The notes: generated by a model not told the origin, from the letters alone. 64,000 nt of DNA from an uncultured Verrucomicrobiae bacterium (GCA_963719495.1 CAVRCI010000004.1:256001-320000); one strand, 5' to 3'. Counted from the stretch's first letter, positions 1-10,383 are shown. Numbers and translations: made by a program.

Positions 1-16
1 ACTGCTCACTGAGCTG

Positions 17-1618
17 ATGGCCAAATTGGACGAGATCTACGGGGCGTCGAGCGATCCGGTGAACGCCGAGCTCAAGCGCTTCGAGGAGGACGAGAGCGCG
101 CCGCTCGTGGCTTTGGCGACCTATTACCTCGCCCGCAACGACGAGCGGCAGGGGAAGTCGGATCGGGCGGAGAAAACGTATCGCGAGTTCCTGGCCCGGC
201 ATCCGAATCACGCACTCCGGGGCGAAGCGACGATCCGGTTGGCGAGTCTGTTGCTGGATGGCGGCAGGTTGGAGGGCGCGGTGCGGATCCTTGCCGACGC
301 GGAAGGCGTGCCCTTCGACGCCGCCGAATCGGCCCGGCTCGCCTATCTGCGCGGCGCGACTAATTTCCGGGCAGGCAACTTTGCCGCGGCCGCCGGATTC
401 TATCGGACCGCGGCGGAGGGGCCGGGATGGCTGCGCGAGGCGGCGTTGGCGAATGCGGCTCTGTCGGCGGGATACGCTCCGGGCGGCGGGATGGCTGATT
501 TGATTGCGCTGCGCGAGGTCGATCCGCTGGGCGCGGAGCGCATCGAGCTGGCCGTCGCCCTCGACGCCGAAGGGGCAAGCCGCGGTCGGACTCTGCAGAC
601 GCTGCGAAGGTTGAGCCGCGAGGCGACCAATCCGGCGGTTCGCAATCGGGCCGGCCTGGGCATCGCGGAATGGAACTGGGTGAGCGGGGATCGCGAGCGG
701 GCGCGGTCGAACTTTCAGAAAATTGCAAACGGCAACGGCAACGGCGGCGAGCAGGCCGATTACTTCACGATCTACACGGCGGACGACGGGACACCCGCGG
801 GTGGTGAGGAATCGAGAGCGGCGGCTGAGCGTTTCGTGGCGGACTACCCCGAGTCCGAACACCTCGCGGAAGCGCGAATGAAGTGGGGCGAGATCCTGGC
901 GCGGACCGGGGATTTTCGCGGGGCTCGGGGTCAATTCGAGCGGGCGGCCGAGCTGGCGCGGTCTGATGCCGGCCGGGCTGGGGCGTTGTTTCTGGCGGCG
1001 CGGTCGGCGGCGCAATTGATCGATCCGGCGATGCTGGAGCAGGCCGTCGAATTGTTCGAGCGGGTGCGCCAGATCGGGGGACCGCTGGCGGTGCGGGCCC
1101 TGCTGGAGCAGGCGTTGTTGTTCAACGCGCTCGACCGGAGCGAGGAGGCGTTGGGGCTGCTCGATCAGGTGGCGGGGACGACGAGTGATCCGCGCCTGCG
1201 GATCGCGGCCCGGCTCAAGCAGGGCGACACGTTGAGCGGAATGGCCGGCGAAGGTGGGGAGCGCGCCCGGGAGGCGATCGAGGTGTGGCGTGCCGTCGCG
1301 GGAGCACCGGATGCCTCGGCCTCCGAGCGGAACGAAGCGCTGGCCAAGGCGGCGTCGGTGAGCGAGCGGCTGGGGGACATCGACGCGGCGCTGGCCGGCT
1401 ACTACGAAGTGCTGAATTCGCCGCGGGACGACGAGCCGGAGTTCTTCTGGTATTATCGGGCGGGATTCGATGCGGCGAGGTTGCTCGGGGAGCGGGATCA
1501 ACTCGACGAGGCAAGCGCGATCTACGAGAAGATGGCGGCGACCGAGGGGCCGCGTTCGGTCGAAGCCGCGGATCTCGTAAAGCGCTTGCGGCTGGAGAAC
1601 TTTATCTGGGACAACTAG
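17..1618 (+). CDS. Tetratricopeptide repeat protein (probably 5'-truncated by the window edge)
   Basis: Repeated TPR-like helical motifs (e.g. FLARHPNHALRGEA, FVADYPESEHLAEA); frame is open back to the window start. Confidence 0.8.
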   Translation: MAKLDEIYGASSDPVNAELKRFEEDESAPLVALATYYLARNDERQGKSDRAEKTYREFLARHPNHALRGEATIRLASLLLDGGRLEGAVRILADAEGVPFDAAESARLAYLRGATNFRAGNFAAAAGFYRTAAEGPGWLREAALANAALSAGYAPGGGMADLIALREVDPLGAERIELAVALDAEGASRGRTLQTLRRLSREATNPAVRNRAGLGIAEWNWVSGDRERARSNFQKIANGNGNGGEQADYFTIYTADDGTPAGGEESRAAAERFVADYPESEHLAEARMKWGEILARTGDFRGARGQFERAAELARSDAGRAGALFLAARSAAQLIDPAMLEQAVELFERVRQIGGPLAVRALLEQALLFNALDRSEEALGLLDQVAGTTSDPRLRIAARLKQGDTLSGMAGEGGERAREAIEVWRAVAGAPDASASERNEALAKAASVSERLGDIDAALAGYYEVLNSPRDDEPEFFWYYRAGFDAARLLGERDQLDEASAIYEKMAATEGPRSVEAADLVKRLRLENFIWDN

Positions 1619-1625
1619 CGGTCTC

Positions 1626-2711
1626 ATGCCAATCACCGAAGACCACGTCAAACTATTCATCCCGGGCCCCGTTGAGATCTCGGAAAAAACCTACGCCGCT
1701 TTCTGCACTCCGATGATCGGACACCGGAGCGGGGATTTCAAAAAGCTCTACGGCGGGATTCAGCCGCGTCTCCAGGAACTCGTCGGGACGAAGCAGCCGG
1801 TCTTCATCTCGACCTCGTCAGCTTGGGGAGTGATGGAGGGCGCGATCCGCAACCTTGTCGCGAAGAAGGTGCTCAACTGCATGTGCGGCGCGTTTTCCGA
1901 CAAATGGTTCGACGTCAGCAAGCGCTGCGGCAAGCGGGCCGAGGCGCTTCGGGTCGAGTGGGGGGAGGCGATCTCGCCCGACGCCGTGGACGCCGCGCTG
2001 GCGACGGGTGAGTTCGACGCGATCACGCTCATCCACAACGAGACGTCGTGTGGCGTGAAGAATCCTCTGCGCGAGATCGCGGAGGTCGTGCGGAAATACC
2101 CGGACGTGATGTTCGTTGTCGACACGGTTTCTTCGTTTTCGACCGAGGCGATTCCGATGGACGAGCTCGGGATCGACGTTCTGCTCACGGGCAGCCAGAA
2201 GGCGTTGGCGCTGCCGCCCGGGATGGGGTTGTTCAGCGTGTCGGAGGCCGCGTTCGAGCGGGCGGCGACGATGGACGATCGGGGGTATTACTTCGACTTC
2301 CTCGAGTTCCGGAAAAACCAGGAAAGCGACATGACCCCGAGCACACCGGTCATTTCGCACATTTATGCCCTTCGCTCGAAGCTCGACGACATTTTCACCG
2401 AGGGGTTGGAAAACCGTTACGCGCGGCACGCGGAGCTGAACGCTATGGTCCACGCGTGGGTGCGCAAACACGGGTTCGAATTCTTCGCGCCGGATGGGCG
2501 GCGGTCGATTTCGTTGACCTGCGTGAAGAACAATCTCGAAGTCGACACGGCGGCTTGGATCGCCCGGTTGAAGGAGCGGTTCCATTGCGTGATCGACGGC
2601 GGCTACGGCAAGATCAAGGGCAAGACGTTCCGAATCTCGAACATGGGCGACGAGACGGTGGAGACGATGACGGAACTGCTCGGGTGGCTGGACGAGACGC
2701 TGGAGGGGTAG
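1626..2711 (+). CDS. Class V PLP-dependent aminotransferase (alanine-glyoxylate/serine-pyruvate family)
   Basis: LFIPGP, HNETS, VDTVSS, GSQKAL (PLP lysine), FRISNMG. Confidence 0.9.
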   Translation: MPITEDHVKLFIPGPVEISEKTYAAFCTPMIGHRSGDFKKLYGGIQPRLQELVGTKQPVFISTSSAWGVMEGAIRNLVAKKVLNCMCGAFSDKWFDVSKRCGKRAEALRVEWGEAISPDAVDAALATGEFDAITLIHNETSCGVKNPLREIAEVVRKYPDVMFVVDTVSSFSTEAIPMDELGIDVLLTGSQKALALPPGMGLFSVSEAAFERAATMDDRGYYFDFLEFRKNQESDMTPSTPVISHIYALRSKLDDIFTEGLENRYARHAELNAMVHAWVRKHGFEFFAPDGRRSISLTCVKNNLEVDTAAWIARLKERFHCVIDGGYGKIKGKTFRISNMGDETVETMTELLGWLDETLEG

Positions 2712-2716
2712 TTTTT

Positions 2717-2770
2717 TGGTGAATGGTGAATGGTGAATGGTGAATGGTGAATGGTGAATGGTGAATGGTG
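2717..2770 (+). repeat. Heptamer tandem repeat (TGGTGAA)x7.7
   Basis: Seven perfect copies plus TGGTG, read directly. Confidence 0.95.
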
Positions 2771-2816
2771 GCTGATTCGTCGGGTTGGATTGTTCATCCG
2801 GCGGAGCCTCGTTGAC

Positions 2817-2974
2817 CTGTCATGTTGAGCGGAGCGAAACATCTCTGGCTTCTCACCGCATCTGGGATGGCGGGTGGGCGGTCGTGGGTTTTCCTATGCC
2901 GTGAGTTTCGGGCAGCCGTGGGCTTCTTCGTTTTAGTGTCAGCCAGAGATCTTTCGCTCCGCTCAAGATGACAG
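2817..2974. repeat. REP-like inverted pair, family A (TGTCATGYTGAGCG...CGCTCARSATGACA)
   Basis: ~34-bp arms at 2817-2850 and 2941-2974 between convergent genes; related copies elsewhere in the window. Confidence 0.85.
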
Positions 2975-2994
2975 GGTTTGGATGGCGGTGCCGT

Positions 2995-3657
2995 TTACGC
3001 CGACTTGATCTCGAGCGATGATAGGTTGCGCTCGAGGACCCTCCCCGCTTCATTGGCGACTTCTTCGACGGTCGGCGTGTGCTTCGTCTCCTGTTCGATT
3101 GACGTCATTCTGACGTTGGCGATGCCGCAGGGGGTGATGCTGGCGAAGCCGTCGAGTTCGCCGGAGACGTTGAGGGCGAAGCCGTGCATGGTGATCCAAT
3201 GGCGGACGCCGACGCCGATCGAGGCGATTTTTCGGTCGCCGACCCAGACTCCGGTCAGGCCTCCGGAGCGGGTCGCCTCGATGTCGTAGTTCGCGAGGAC
3301 GTCGATGATGACGCCTTCGAGGAAGCGGAGGTAGCGGTGCAGGTCGCGACCGTATGGGTGGAGGTCGAGGATCGGGTAGCCGACGAGTTGGCCGGGCCCG
3401 TGGTAGGTGGCCTGGCCGCCGCGGTTGGTCTCGCGGACCGGATAAGGCAGGGATTCGATGGCGCGGAGGCTGGATTGGTCGCGGGTGCGACCGATGGTGA
3501 AGACGGGTTCGTGCTCGAGGAGCAGGAGGGTCGGCGGTGCGGCGTCGGCGCGGATCGCGGCGACGGTTTTTTCCTGGATCGCGAGACCCTCGTCGTAGGT
3601 GACGCGGCCCAGCCAGGTGGTGTGGAGCGGGGGGGCGGGTTGAGGATCAGAGAACAT
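2995..3657 (-). CDS. lipB: Lipoyl(octanoyl) transferase LipB
   Basis: LEHEPVFTIG, RGGQATYHGPGQLVGYP, KIASIG, HGFALN, PCG. Confidence 0.95.
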   Translation of the reverse strand: MFSDPQPAPPLHTTWLGRVTYDEGLAIQEKTVAAIRADAAPPTLLLLEHEPVFTIGRTRDQSSLRAIESLPYPVRETNRGGQATYHGPGQLVGYPILDLHPYGRDLHRYLRFLEGVIIDVLANYDIEATRSGGLTGVWVGDRKIASIGVGVRHWITMHGFALNVSGELDGFASITPCGIANVRMTSIEQETKHTPTVEEVANEAGRVLERNLSSLEIKSA

Positions 3658-3678
3658 GGTTCGCTGTGATGCCTACTC

Positions 3679-3778
3679 TGTCATGCTGAGCGAGGCGAAG
3701 CATCTCTGACTTGCACTGTACCCGATCGACGTCGTGAGGTGAGAAGCCAGAGATGCTTCGCTTTCGCTCAGCATGACA
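3679..3778. repeat. REP-like inverted pair, family A
   Basis: TGTCATGCTGAGCGAGGCGAAGCATCTCTG ... CAGAGATGCTTCGCTTTCGCTCAGCATGACA. Confidence 0.85.
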
Positions 3779-3822
3779 ACGGGGGGACACGCTCTCGCGG
3801 CTTTCTGGCACGTTTTCTTTGT

Positions 3823-4344
3823 CTAAACTCGTTTGAGGACTTCGCGGCGGTGTTTGGCGGCGTCGGCGGCCTGGCAGTGGGCGAGGGCTACGGCGAGGGC
3901 GTCGGCGGCGTCGGGGGGTGGGGTTTGGGTGAGGGCCAGGGTGGCGCGGATCATGAAGGCGACCTGCTCCTTTTGGGCTCCGCCCCGGCCGACGACGGCT
4001 TGTTTGACGCTGCGGGGGGCGTATTCGTGGATGGCGAGGCCGCGTTCGGCTGCGGCGAGGATGACGGCTCCACGGGCGGCCCCGAGGGTGATGGCGGTGC
4101 GGAAACTTTGGACGTAGATCGTGCTCTCGATGGCCATGACCGAGGGCTGCCAGGTGGAGATGAGGTCGGCGAGTTGCTGGCGGATTTCGAGGAGGCAGGT
4201 CGAGAGCGGGAGGCTGGCGACGTTGCGAATGGTGCCGAAGTGGAGGCAACGTTGGCCGCGTGGTTGGCGTTCGATGAGGCCGAAGCCGGTGCCGCGGAGG
4301 GAGGGGTCGACGCCGAGGATGCGTTCGGGTTCAGGCTCGGGCAT
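3823..4344 (-). CDS. ruvC: Crossover junction endodeoxyribonuclease RuvC
   Basis: ILGVDPS, AIES, VKQAVVGRGGAQKEQV, DAADALAVA; start placed at MPEPE. Confidence 0.95.
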   Translation of the reverse strand: MPEPEPERILGVDPSLRGTGFGLIERQPRGQRCLHFGTIRNVASLPLSTCLLEIRQQLADLISTWQPSVMAIESTIYVQSFRTAITLGAARGAVILAAAERGLAIHEYAPRSVKQAVVGRGGAQKEQVAFMIRATLALTQTPPPDAADALAVALAHCQAADAAKHRREVLKRV

Positions 4345-5284
4345 TGGGGATGAGAGCATTGGCGGCGACGACGACGGAATCGAGCGCAATGTCTTCGGGA
4401 CGTCCGCTGGCGGCGTGAATCACGCGGACGAATTCGTTTCGCGGCGACCAGATCGCGGGGTCGGTTGGTCCGAAGAGGAGGAGGCACGGGCATTCGGCGG
4501 CGGCGGCGAGGTGGGAAATGCCGCTGTCGTGCCCCAGGAAGACGTCGCATTTCGTGAAGACGGCTCCGAGCACGGGGAGCGGGAGGTCGGTCAGGAAGTC
4601 GATTCTTTCGATGCCGCCGCGGGTGGAGCGGAGGTGGGCGAGCGGGGTCGCGTCGGCCTCGCCGCCGACGATCAGGAAATGGGCCGTCGGATGGTCGGCG
4701 GAGAGTCGGGCAACGAGTTCGGTCCAGCGACCGATGGGCCAATTCTTACGCGCGCCGCCGCTGCCGGGATGGAGGGCAACGATGGGGTGGGCTCCGCGCG
4801 GGAGGTGATCGCGGGCGGCTTCGAGATCGGCGTCGGAGGGGAAGAACTGAGCGGCGGGTTCTTCGAGGAAGAGGGCCAGCCGTTGGAGCGGGGCGGCGAG
4901 TTGGTGGGCGGCGTGAAGGTGATCGCCGACGCGCGGATCGGCGACGAGGAGGTTGGTGACGCCGGCGCGTTCGAGGTTGCCTTTGAAGAATCCGTCGGGG
5001 TCGAAGAGGTAGCTGACGACTTGGTCGAAGCCGGCGAAGTAGGCGCAGAGTTCGGGGTCGAGGTCGGCCTTGGGGTTGAAGAACCCGGCGAGCGGGGCGT
5101 ATTCGATGCTGCGGATTTCGTCAGCGTAAAAGCGGCCTTCGGCGATCGCCAGGATGTGACGATAACCGAGGATCTCGAGGTGGGCGTCGGGGAAGGCGTC
5201 GCGGAGGAGCGCGATGGCCGGGAGCGTGAGGATGAAGTCGCCGATGGCTCCTCCCCGGATGACTAGGATTCTAGGTTGCGTGAT
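4331..5284 (-). CDS. Glycosyltransferase family 9 (LPS heptosyltransferase-like); start uncertain
   Basis: ILVIRGGAIGDF, HPGSGG..KNWP, GHDSGISHLAAA, LFGPTDP..W; the 5' end is obscured by repeats. Confidence 0.85.
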   Translation of the reverse strand: MTQPRILVIRGGAIGDFILTLPAIALLRDAFPDAHLEILGYRHILAIAEGRFYADEIRSIEYAPLAGFFNPKADLDPELCAYFAGFDQVVSYLFDPDGFFKGNLERAGVTNLLVADPRVGDHLHAAHQLAAPLQRLALFLEEPAAQFFPSDADLEAARDHLPRGAHPIVALHPGSGGARKNWPIGRWTELVARLSADHPTAHFLIVGGEADATPLAHLRSTRGGIERIDFLTDLPLPVLGAVFTKCDVFLGHDSGISHLAAAAECPCLLLFGPTDPAIWSPRNEFVRVIHAASGRPEDIALDSVVVAANALIPNARA

Positions 5285-5338
5285 TGGTGACTTGTGAGTG
5301 GTGATTGGTGGCTGAAGGGGTGAGGCTTCGCCTTTGGG

Positions 5339-5368
5339 TTGGTTCGGCGATTGCAAATCGCCGCTCCT
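5339..5368. repeat. REP-like palindrome, family C (TTGGTTCGGCGATTGCAAATCGCCGCTCCT)
   Basis: 30-bp identical copy at 63028-63057; internal hairpin CGGCGATT..AATCGCCG. Confidence 0.85.
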
Positions 5369-5424
5369 TGAAGCTGCTCTTGACCAAGGACTCTCGACTC
5401 GCAGCCGGGAGCAAGGGTCACCAA

Positions 5425-5607
5425 CTACTGTCCGTTGATGGCGGAGCCGTAGACTCCGGGGCCTTCCCATTCAGCCGGGCTGTTCCAGGGGATCGAGGAT
5501 GGGCGGGACTGGCCGGTCGCGGTCCGTTCTTCGGTGACGCAGCCGGTGAGCGAGAGAATGGTGGCGAGCGCAAAGGTCGCGACGAAGACGCGGGAGGTGG
5601 CCAGCAT
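5425..5607 (-). CDS. Small putative lipoprotein
   Basis: Signal peptide with lipobox LTGC; SSIPWNSPAEWEG. Confidence 0.65.
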   Translation of the reverse strand: MLATSRVFVATFALATILSLTGCVTEERTATGQSRPSSIPWNSPAEWEGPGVYGSAINGQ

Positions 5608-5614
5608 CCGGCGG

Positions 5615-6397
5615 TTAGTTGCTCGACTGGTAGATGACGCTGTCTCCGGGCTGCACGGCGACGCCGGCGGGAACGGAGTTGGCGACGATGTCGGCGATGG
5701 AGGTCTGCGGCTCGACGGAGGTGATGCGGACCTTGCCGAGGTAGCGGCCATTGCGCTTGAGGAGAAGCTCGGCGTTGTTCACGACGCCGCGGTTGTCGCC
5801 GATGCTGAGGACGACGAAGTTCCAAGCGGGGTTGACGGCGAGGACCTGGCCTTCGAGGCCGTCCCGCATGATCTGCTGTTTCCGGTCGTCTTCCTTCTGA
5901 GCGAAGGTCTGGTTCTCGCTGCGGAGTTCGGTGTTCTTTTCTTCGAGGCTGGAGACGAGGGCTTCGAGTTCCTTCTCACGAGGGCTTGGGCCGGCGGTCT
6001 CGGTCTCGTCGGTGGGCGTCGTGCCGGGGACGGTAAGTTGAGCGATCGTCTTGTCGCGGTCGGCGACCGTGGCGGTGAGCGACTCGATCTCGCTGTCCTT
6101 CGTGGAGATCTGACCCTTGACGTCGGACAGTTCGGATTCGGTCGTCGCCAGAGTGGACTGGGTGGTGGCGAGGTTGGCTTCGACGGCCTGCTTCTCGGCG
6201 GTGGTCGTCTCGAGGGCGGTGGTGGTCTCGGCGAGCTCCTTGGTCTTGCCGGCAAGGTCGTTGCGGGCCGTGGAGAGGGTCGCGGTGGTGGAGGCGAGGT
6301 CGGCGGTGGTCTCGTCGAGTTTCGTTTTGTTCATCCAGCCGAGGCCGGCGGTGACAAGGGAAATGACGATGGCGACGATGAGCAGAATTTTAGCCAT
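5615..6397 (-). CDS. Membrane-anchored coiled-coil protein with C-terminal beta domain
   Basis: N-terminal TM helix, long Thr/Glu coiled coil, GQVLAVNPAWNFVVLSIG. Confidence 0.75.
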   Translation of the reverse strand: MAKILLIVAIVISLVTAGLGWMNKTKLDETTADLASTTATLSTARNDLAGKTKELAETTTALETTTAEKQAVEANLATTQSTLATTESELSDVKGQISTKDSEIESLTATVADRDKTIAQLTVPGTTPTDETETAGPSPREKELEALVSSLEEKNTELRSENQTFAQKEDDRKQQIMRDGLEGQVLAVNPAWNFVVLSIGDNRGVVNNAELLLKRNGRYLGKVRITSVEPQTSIADIVANSVPAGVAVQPGDSVIYQSSN

Positions 6398-6658
6398 GGA
6401 GAGGGAGTCGGAGAGAGACGGTTAAGGATTGAGGGGTTGCAATTACGGATTTCCCAAAATGATTGCAAGCGGCAAAACGCAAATTGGTTACGTTGCTGAC
6501 GCGGACGGAATCCTGGGAGAAAACCTGATCGACGGCCGTTTCTTTAGCCCGGATATCGCGAAATTGGCAATGTCGGCGTTGAAAAAACGTGCGGCGGGAA
6601 TTTTCGAAATATTGGTGGAATGGGGTTGATCGGGTTGCGCGTGGGGGTAGGGTTCGCG

Positions 6659-6752
6659 GTGCCAGGGGCTATGGATTGCGGACGGGTGAACCCCGCCAGG
6701 GCAGGAATGCAGCAACGGTAACTCGCTCCTCTTTGCCGTAGTCCTCTGGCAC
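6659..6752 (+). ncRNA. ffs: Signal recognition particle RNA (small bacterial 4.5S type)
   Basis: Long hairpin GTGCCAGGGGCTATGG...CCGTAGTCCTCTGGCAC with the domain IV motif CAGG-GCA-GGAA-TGC-AGCA. Confidence 0.85.
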
Positions 6753-6789
6753 TTTTCCTCTTCTTGACTCCCCCGGGGGACGTCCTACC

Positions 6790-7272
6790 GTGGCGCGCGT
6801 GGAAACCTCCTTTCGCGAAACCGTTTATAGTTATCTCGCTGATCGTGGCTTGAGGCGCACGGCGCAGCGGGAAGCGATCATCGAAGCGGTGATGGGGACG
6901 AAGGATCACTTCCACGCCGAGGAGCTGCTCCTCATGGCGAAACGAATCGATCGCTCGGTGTCGCGGGCGACGGTGTATCGGACGATTCCGTTGCTGGTGG
7001 CGAGTGGGCTGTTGCGGGAGTTGGATCTGGGGCGGGAGGTCAAATACTACGACCCGAATTTTCTGGAGCACCCTACGCACAATCATCTCATTTGCACGGA
7101 CTGCGACAAGATCATCGAGTTCGAGGATACGAACATGGAACTGTTGGAGAATTGCATCACGCGGCGGCTGGGCTTTTCTCCGGCCAACAAAATGGTGCGG
7201 ATCGAGGGGAGCTGCGACGAATTGAAAATGAACGGGACGTGCGCGAAGGCGGACGTGGCTCCGTCGCATTGA
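6790..7272 (+). CDS. Fur-family transcriptional regulator
   Basis: LRRTAQR, HFHAEEL, SRATVYRT, HNHLICTDC, C-terminal Cys pair. Confidence 0.9.
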   Translation: MARVETSFRETVYSYLADRGLRRTAQREAIIEAVMGTKDHFHAEELLLMAKRIDRSVSRATVYRTIPLLVASGLLRELDLGREVKYYDPNFLEHPTHNHLICTDCDKIIEFEDTNMELLENCITRRLGFSPANKMVRIEGSCDELKMNGTCAKADVAPSH

Positions 7273-7323
7273 GCGGGCTCGGCCGGATCGGGCGGGCGGT
7301 TGGGCGCGGAAGGTAAATTGATC

Positions 7324-8688
7324 ATGTGGAAGGGACGTTTTGAGGAGGAGCAGTCGGATCGGCTGCGGAGATTCAGCGAGTCGGTATCGTTCGATTGGCG
7401 GCTGTATGCGTGTGACGTCGAGGGGAGTCTGGCTTACGCGGCGGCGCTGGAGCGGGCGGGGGTGCTGACGGAGGCGGAGCGAGTGGCGATCTCCGACGGG
7501 CTCTCGGAGATCCGGGGGGAGATCGAGCGGGGGGAATTCGAGTTCCGGGTCGAGCTCGAGGACATTCACATGAACGTCGAGGCCGAATTGACGCGGCGGA
7601 TCGGTGCGCCGGGGGCGAAATTGCACACGGGGCGCAGTCGGAACGACCAGGTGGCGGTGGATATTCGGTTGTATTTGCGCGGGGCGATTGACGAGCTGAT
7701 TGGCGGGGTCGCGGGGCTGCAGCGGGCGCTGGTCGGTCTGGCGGGGCGGCACGCGGGGGTGATCATCCCCGGGTACACTCATTTGCAGCGGGCGCAGCCG
7801 GTGCCGGTCGCGCACCATCTGCTGGCTTACGTCGAAATGCTGGCGCGGGACGCGGGGCGGCTGGCGGATTGCCGGAACCGGATGAACGTGCTGCCGCTTG
7901 GGTCGGGGGCGATCGCGGGGTCGACGATCGTGGTGGACCGGGCGTTTCTCGCGGAGCGGCTGGGGTTCGATGGGGTGACGCAGAACAGCATGGATGCCGT
8001 GTCGGACCGGGATTTTGCGTGCGAGCTGCTGGCGGACATTGCGATTTGCGGGATGCACGTGTCGCGGCTGAGCGAGGACGTGGTGCTGTGGGCGTCGGCG
8101 GAGTTCGGGTTTCTCAAACTGAGCGACCGGCACACGACGGGATCGAGTTTGATGCCGCAGAAAAAAAATCCCGACGTCGCGGAGCTGGCGCGGGGGAAGA
8201 CGGGGCGACTCTACGGAAATCTGGTGGCGCTGCTGACCGTGCTGAAGGGGCTGCCGATGACTTACAATCGGGACATGCAGGAGGACAAGGAGCCGGTGTT
8301 CGACTCGGTGGACACGCTGGGGCCGACGCTGGAGCTGTTCGCCGAGATGCTGGACGGTGCGGAGTTCGACGCGGCGCGGGCGGCGGAGGCGGTGAGCGAT
8401 CCGCTGCTGTTGGCGACGGATCTGGCGGATCACCTGGTGCGGGGCGGGGTGCCGTTTCGCGAGGCGCACGAGGTGGTCGGGCGGTTGGTGGGGGAAGCGG
8501 CGCGGGCCGGGGTGCCGCTCGATGAGTTGCCGGACGAGACGTTCGCAGCGGCTTCGGAGCATTTTGCGGCTGGCGTGGCGGACCTTTTCGACATTCCGAC
8601 GGCGTTGGCGGCACGGAAGGCGCCGGGGGCGCCTTCGCCCGAAAACGTCGCGGCGCGGCTGGCGCATTGGCGGGAGCAACTCGGGTGA
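7324..8688 (+). CDS. argH: Argininosuccinate lyase
   Basis: MWKGRF, EDIH, LHTGRSRNDQ, GYTHLQRAQP, GSSLMPQKKNPD, YNRDMQEDK. Confidence 0.97.
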   Translation: MWKGRFEEEQSDRLRRFSESVSFDWRLYACDVEGSLAYAAALERAGVLTEAERVAISDGLSEIRGEIERGEFEFRVELEDIHMNVEAELTRRIGAPGAKLHTGRSRNDQVAVDIRLYLRGAIDELIGGVAGLQRALVGLAGRHAGVIIPGYTHLQRAQPVPVAHHLLAYVEMLARDAGRLADCRNRMNVLPLGSGAIAGSTIVVDRAFLAERLGFDGVTQNSMDAVSDRDFACELLADIAICGMHVSRLSEDVVLWASAEFGFLKLSDRHTTGSSLMPQKKNPDVAELARGKTGRLYGNLVALLTVLKGLPMTYNRDMQEDKEPVFDSVDTLGPTLELFAEMLDGAEFDAARAAEAVSDPLLLATDLADHLVRGGVPFREAHEVVGRLVGEAARAGVPLDELPDETFAAASEHFAAGVADLFDIPTALAARKAPGAPSPENVAARLAHWREQLG

Positions 8689-9251
8689 GCGGCTGGCGGG
8701 ACATGGGGCGCGAGACCCTGGCGGACACGCCGTATCTGCGGGTGAACGTCGAGACGGTGGCGACGCCGTCGCGGCCGGAGGGGGTGGAGTGGCTGGTCGT
8801 GCGGCGGAAGCAGGCGGCGGTGATCGCGGCGCGGACGGTGGCGGGCGAGTATCTGCTGGTGCGGCAGGAGCGGGTGGCGGCGCGGCGGGCCTTCTGGGAA
8901 TTTGCGGCGGGTCAGGTGGACGCGCCGGCGGTGGACGCGGCGGCGATTCGCGAGACGGCGGTGCGGGAGCTGGGCGAGGAGACGGGGTATGAGATCGGGG
9001 CCGGGGGTGAGTTGGTGGAGCTGGGGTCCTATTATTCGTCGCCGGGGTTCACCGATGAACTCTGCCATTTGTTCCTGGCGAGCGGGGTGGTGCCGAGGGC
9101 GGCGGGCATGACGTTGGACGCGAACGAGGGGATCGTGGAGTGCCGGGCGTTTTCGCGGGCGGATTTGGCGTTGATGATCGCGGACGGGGAAATCTGCGAC
9201 GCGAATACGCTTTGCTCGGTGGCGCGGTTGATGTTGCGGGGGTTGTTTTAG
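8685..9251 (+). CDS. NUDIX hydrolase (ADP-ribose pyrophosphatase-like)
   Basis: Nudix box AVRELGEETG, YSSPGFTDE; GTGA overlap with the argH stop. Confidence 0.9.
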   Translation: MSGWRDMGRETLADTPYLRVNVETVATPSRPEGVEWLVVRRKQAAVIAARTVAGEYLLVRQERVAARRAFWEFAAGQVDAPAVDAAAIRETAVRELGEETGYEIGAGGELVELGSYYSSPGFTDELCHLFLASGVVPRAAGMTLDANEGIVECRAFSRADLALMIADGEICDANTLCSVARLMLRGLF

Positions 9252-9460
9252 GCCGCAAAGAGGCGCAGAAGTCGCAAAGATGGTGAATGGTGGTGAGGTG
9301 GTGAAAGTTGGTGGGATCGGCGAGTTGGTTTTGGAATCGACGGTTTTTAGGGACGAGTCAGAGATGCTTCGCTTCGCTCAGCATGACAGGGTGGGGCGGG
9401 GGGCTTCGTCTTTTGCGAAGACGGCATTTCTTTTGCGCCCTTTTGCGCCTTTTTGCGGCC
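9251..9460. repeat. Nested palindromic repeats: GGCCGCAAAGAGGCGCA...TGCGCCTTTTTGCGGCC enclosing a single family A arm (9359-9389)
   Basis: Inverted outer arms and the internal REP arm read directly. Confidence 0.75.
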
Positions 9461-9476
9461 AAACGCATTCGTTCTA

Positions 9477-10313
9477 ATGGCGCGGCGGTGGAAACAGCGG
9501 TTCTTCGAGTTCCGGGAGTTGGCGGATGAGCCGAAGCCCTTTCTCGATCACATCGACGATCTGCGGACGATGGTCATTCGGATGGCGATCGCGCTCGGGT
9601 CGGCGATGGTCCTGAGCTTCCTTGCGCGGACCTGGCTCTTCGCGGCGATTCAGCGGCCGTTGACGGACGTGGATCCGGTGGAGCTGGGGAATCTGCGGTC
9701 GCTGGGGGTGGTGGACTCGTTTTCGATCTCGCTCGAATTGGCTTTCTACGCCGGGTTCGTGTTGTCGTTTCCCTTTCTCATCTACTTTCTGTCGCAGTTC
9801 GTGCTGCCGGCTCTGACGAAGAAGGAGCGGAGCTACGTGCTGCCGGCGGCGGGGTTTGGGTTTGGGCTTTTTCTGGTGGGAGTGACGTTTGCCTACGAGT
9901 TCGTGCTGCCGCAGGCTCTGCAGTTTTTTTACAAGGACGCGCAGTCGTTGGGGTGGCGGCCGGAGTGGACGGTGCGGGAGTATTATTCGTTCACGACGCA
10001 GTTCATCATCGCGTTCGGGCTGGCTTTCGAGTTGCCGCTGGTGGTGCTGCTGCTCGTGAAGTTGGGGCTGATCGAGGCGGCGGATTTGCGGCGGATTCGG
10101 CCGCAGGCGTTCGTGGCGGTGATGGTCTTCTCGGCGGTGCTGACGCCGACGACGGACATGGTCACGATGGCGATGATGGGGGTGCCGATGTATCTGCTCT
10201 ACGAGATTTGCATCGTGATCGCTTCGTTCTCGAAGCCGAAGGAAGTGGTCGGCACGGCGCACGATGAACCCGAGGTGTTGGCGGATCGGGAGGATGGGGA
10301 CGGGGACGTGTAG
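9477..10313 (+). CDS. tatC: Twin-arginine translocase subunit TatC
   Basis: PFLDHIDDLR, FVLPAL, FGLAFELP, AVLTP, PMYLLYE. Confidence 0.95.
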   Translation: MARRWKQRFFEFRELADEPKPFLDHIDDLRTMVIRMAIALGSAMVLSFLARTWLFAAIQRPLTDVDPVELGNLRSLGVVDSFSISLELAFYAGFVLSFPFLIYFLSQFVLPALTKKERSYVLPAAGFGFGLFLVGVTFAYEFVLPQALQFFYKDAQSLGWRPEWTVREYYSFTTQFIIAFGLAFELPLVVLLLVKLGLIEAADLRRIRPQAFVAVMVFSAVLTPTTDMVTMAMMGVPMYLLYEICIVIASFSKPKEVVGTAHDEPEVLADREDGDGDV

Positions 10314-10383
10314 TTCAACCGGGCGACGGGGCCGGAACGAATCCCGGCTTTACGAACGTTTCGCGGATTGGAAATAGTGGGGG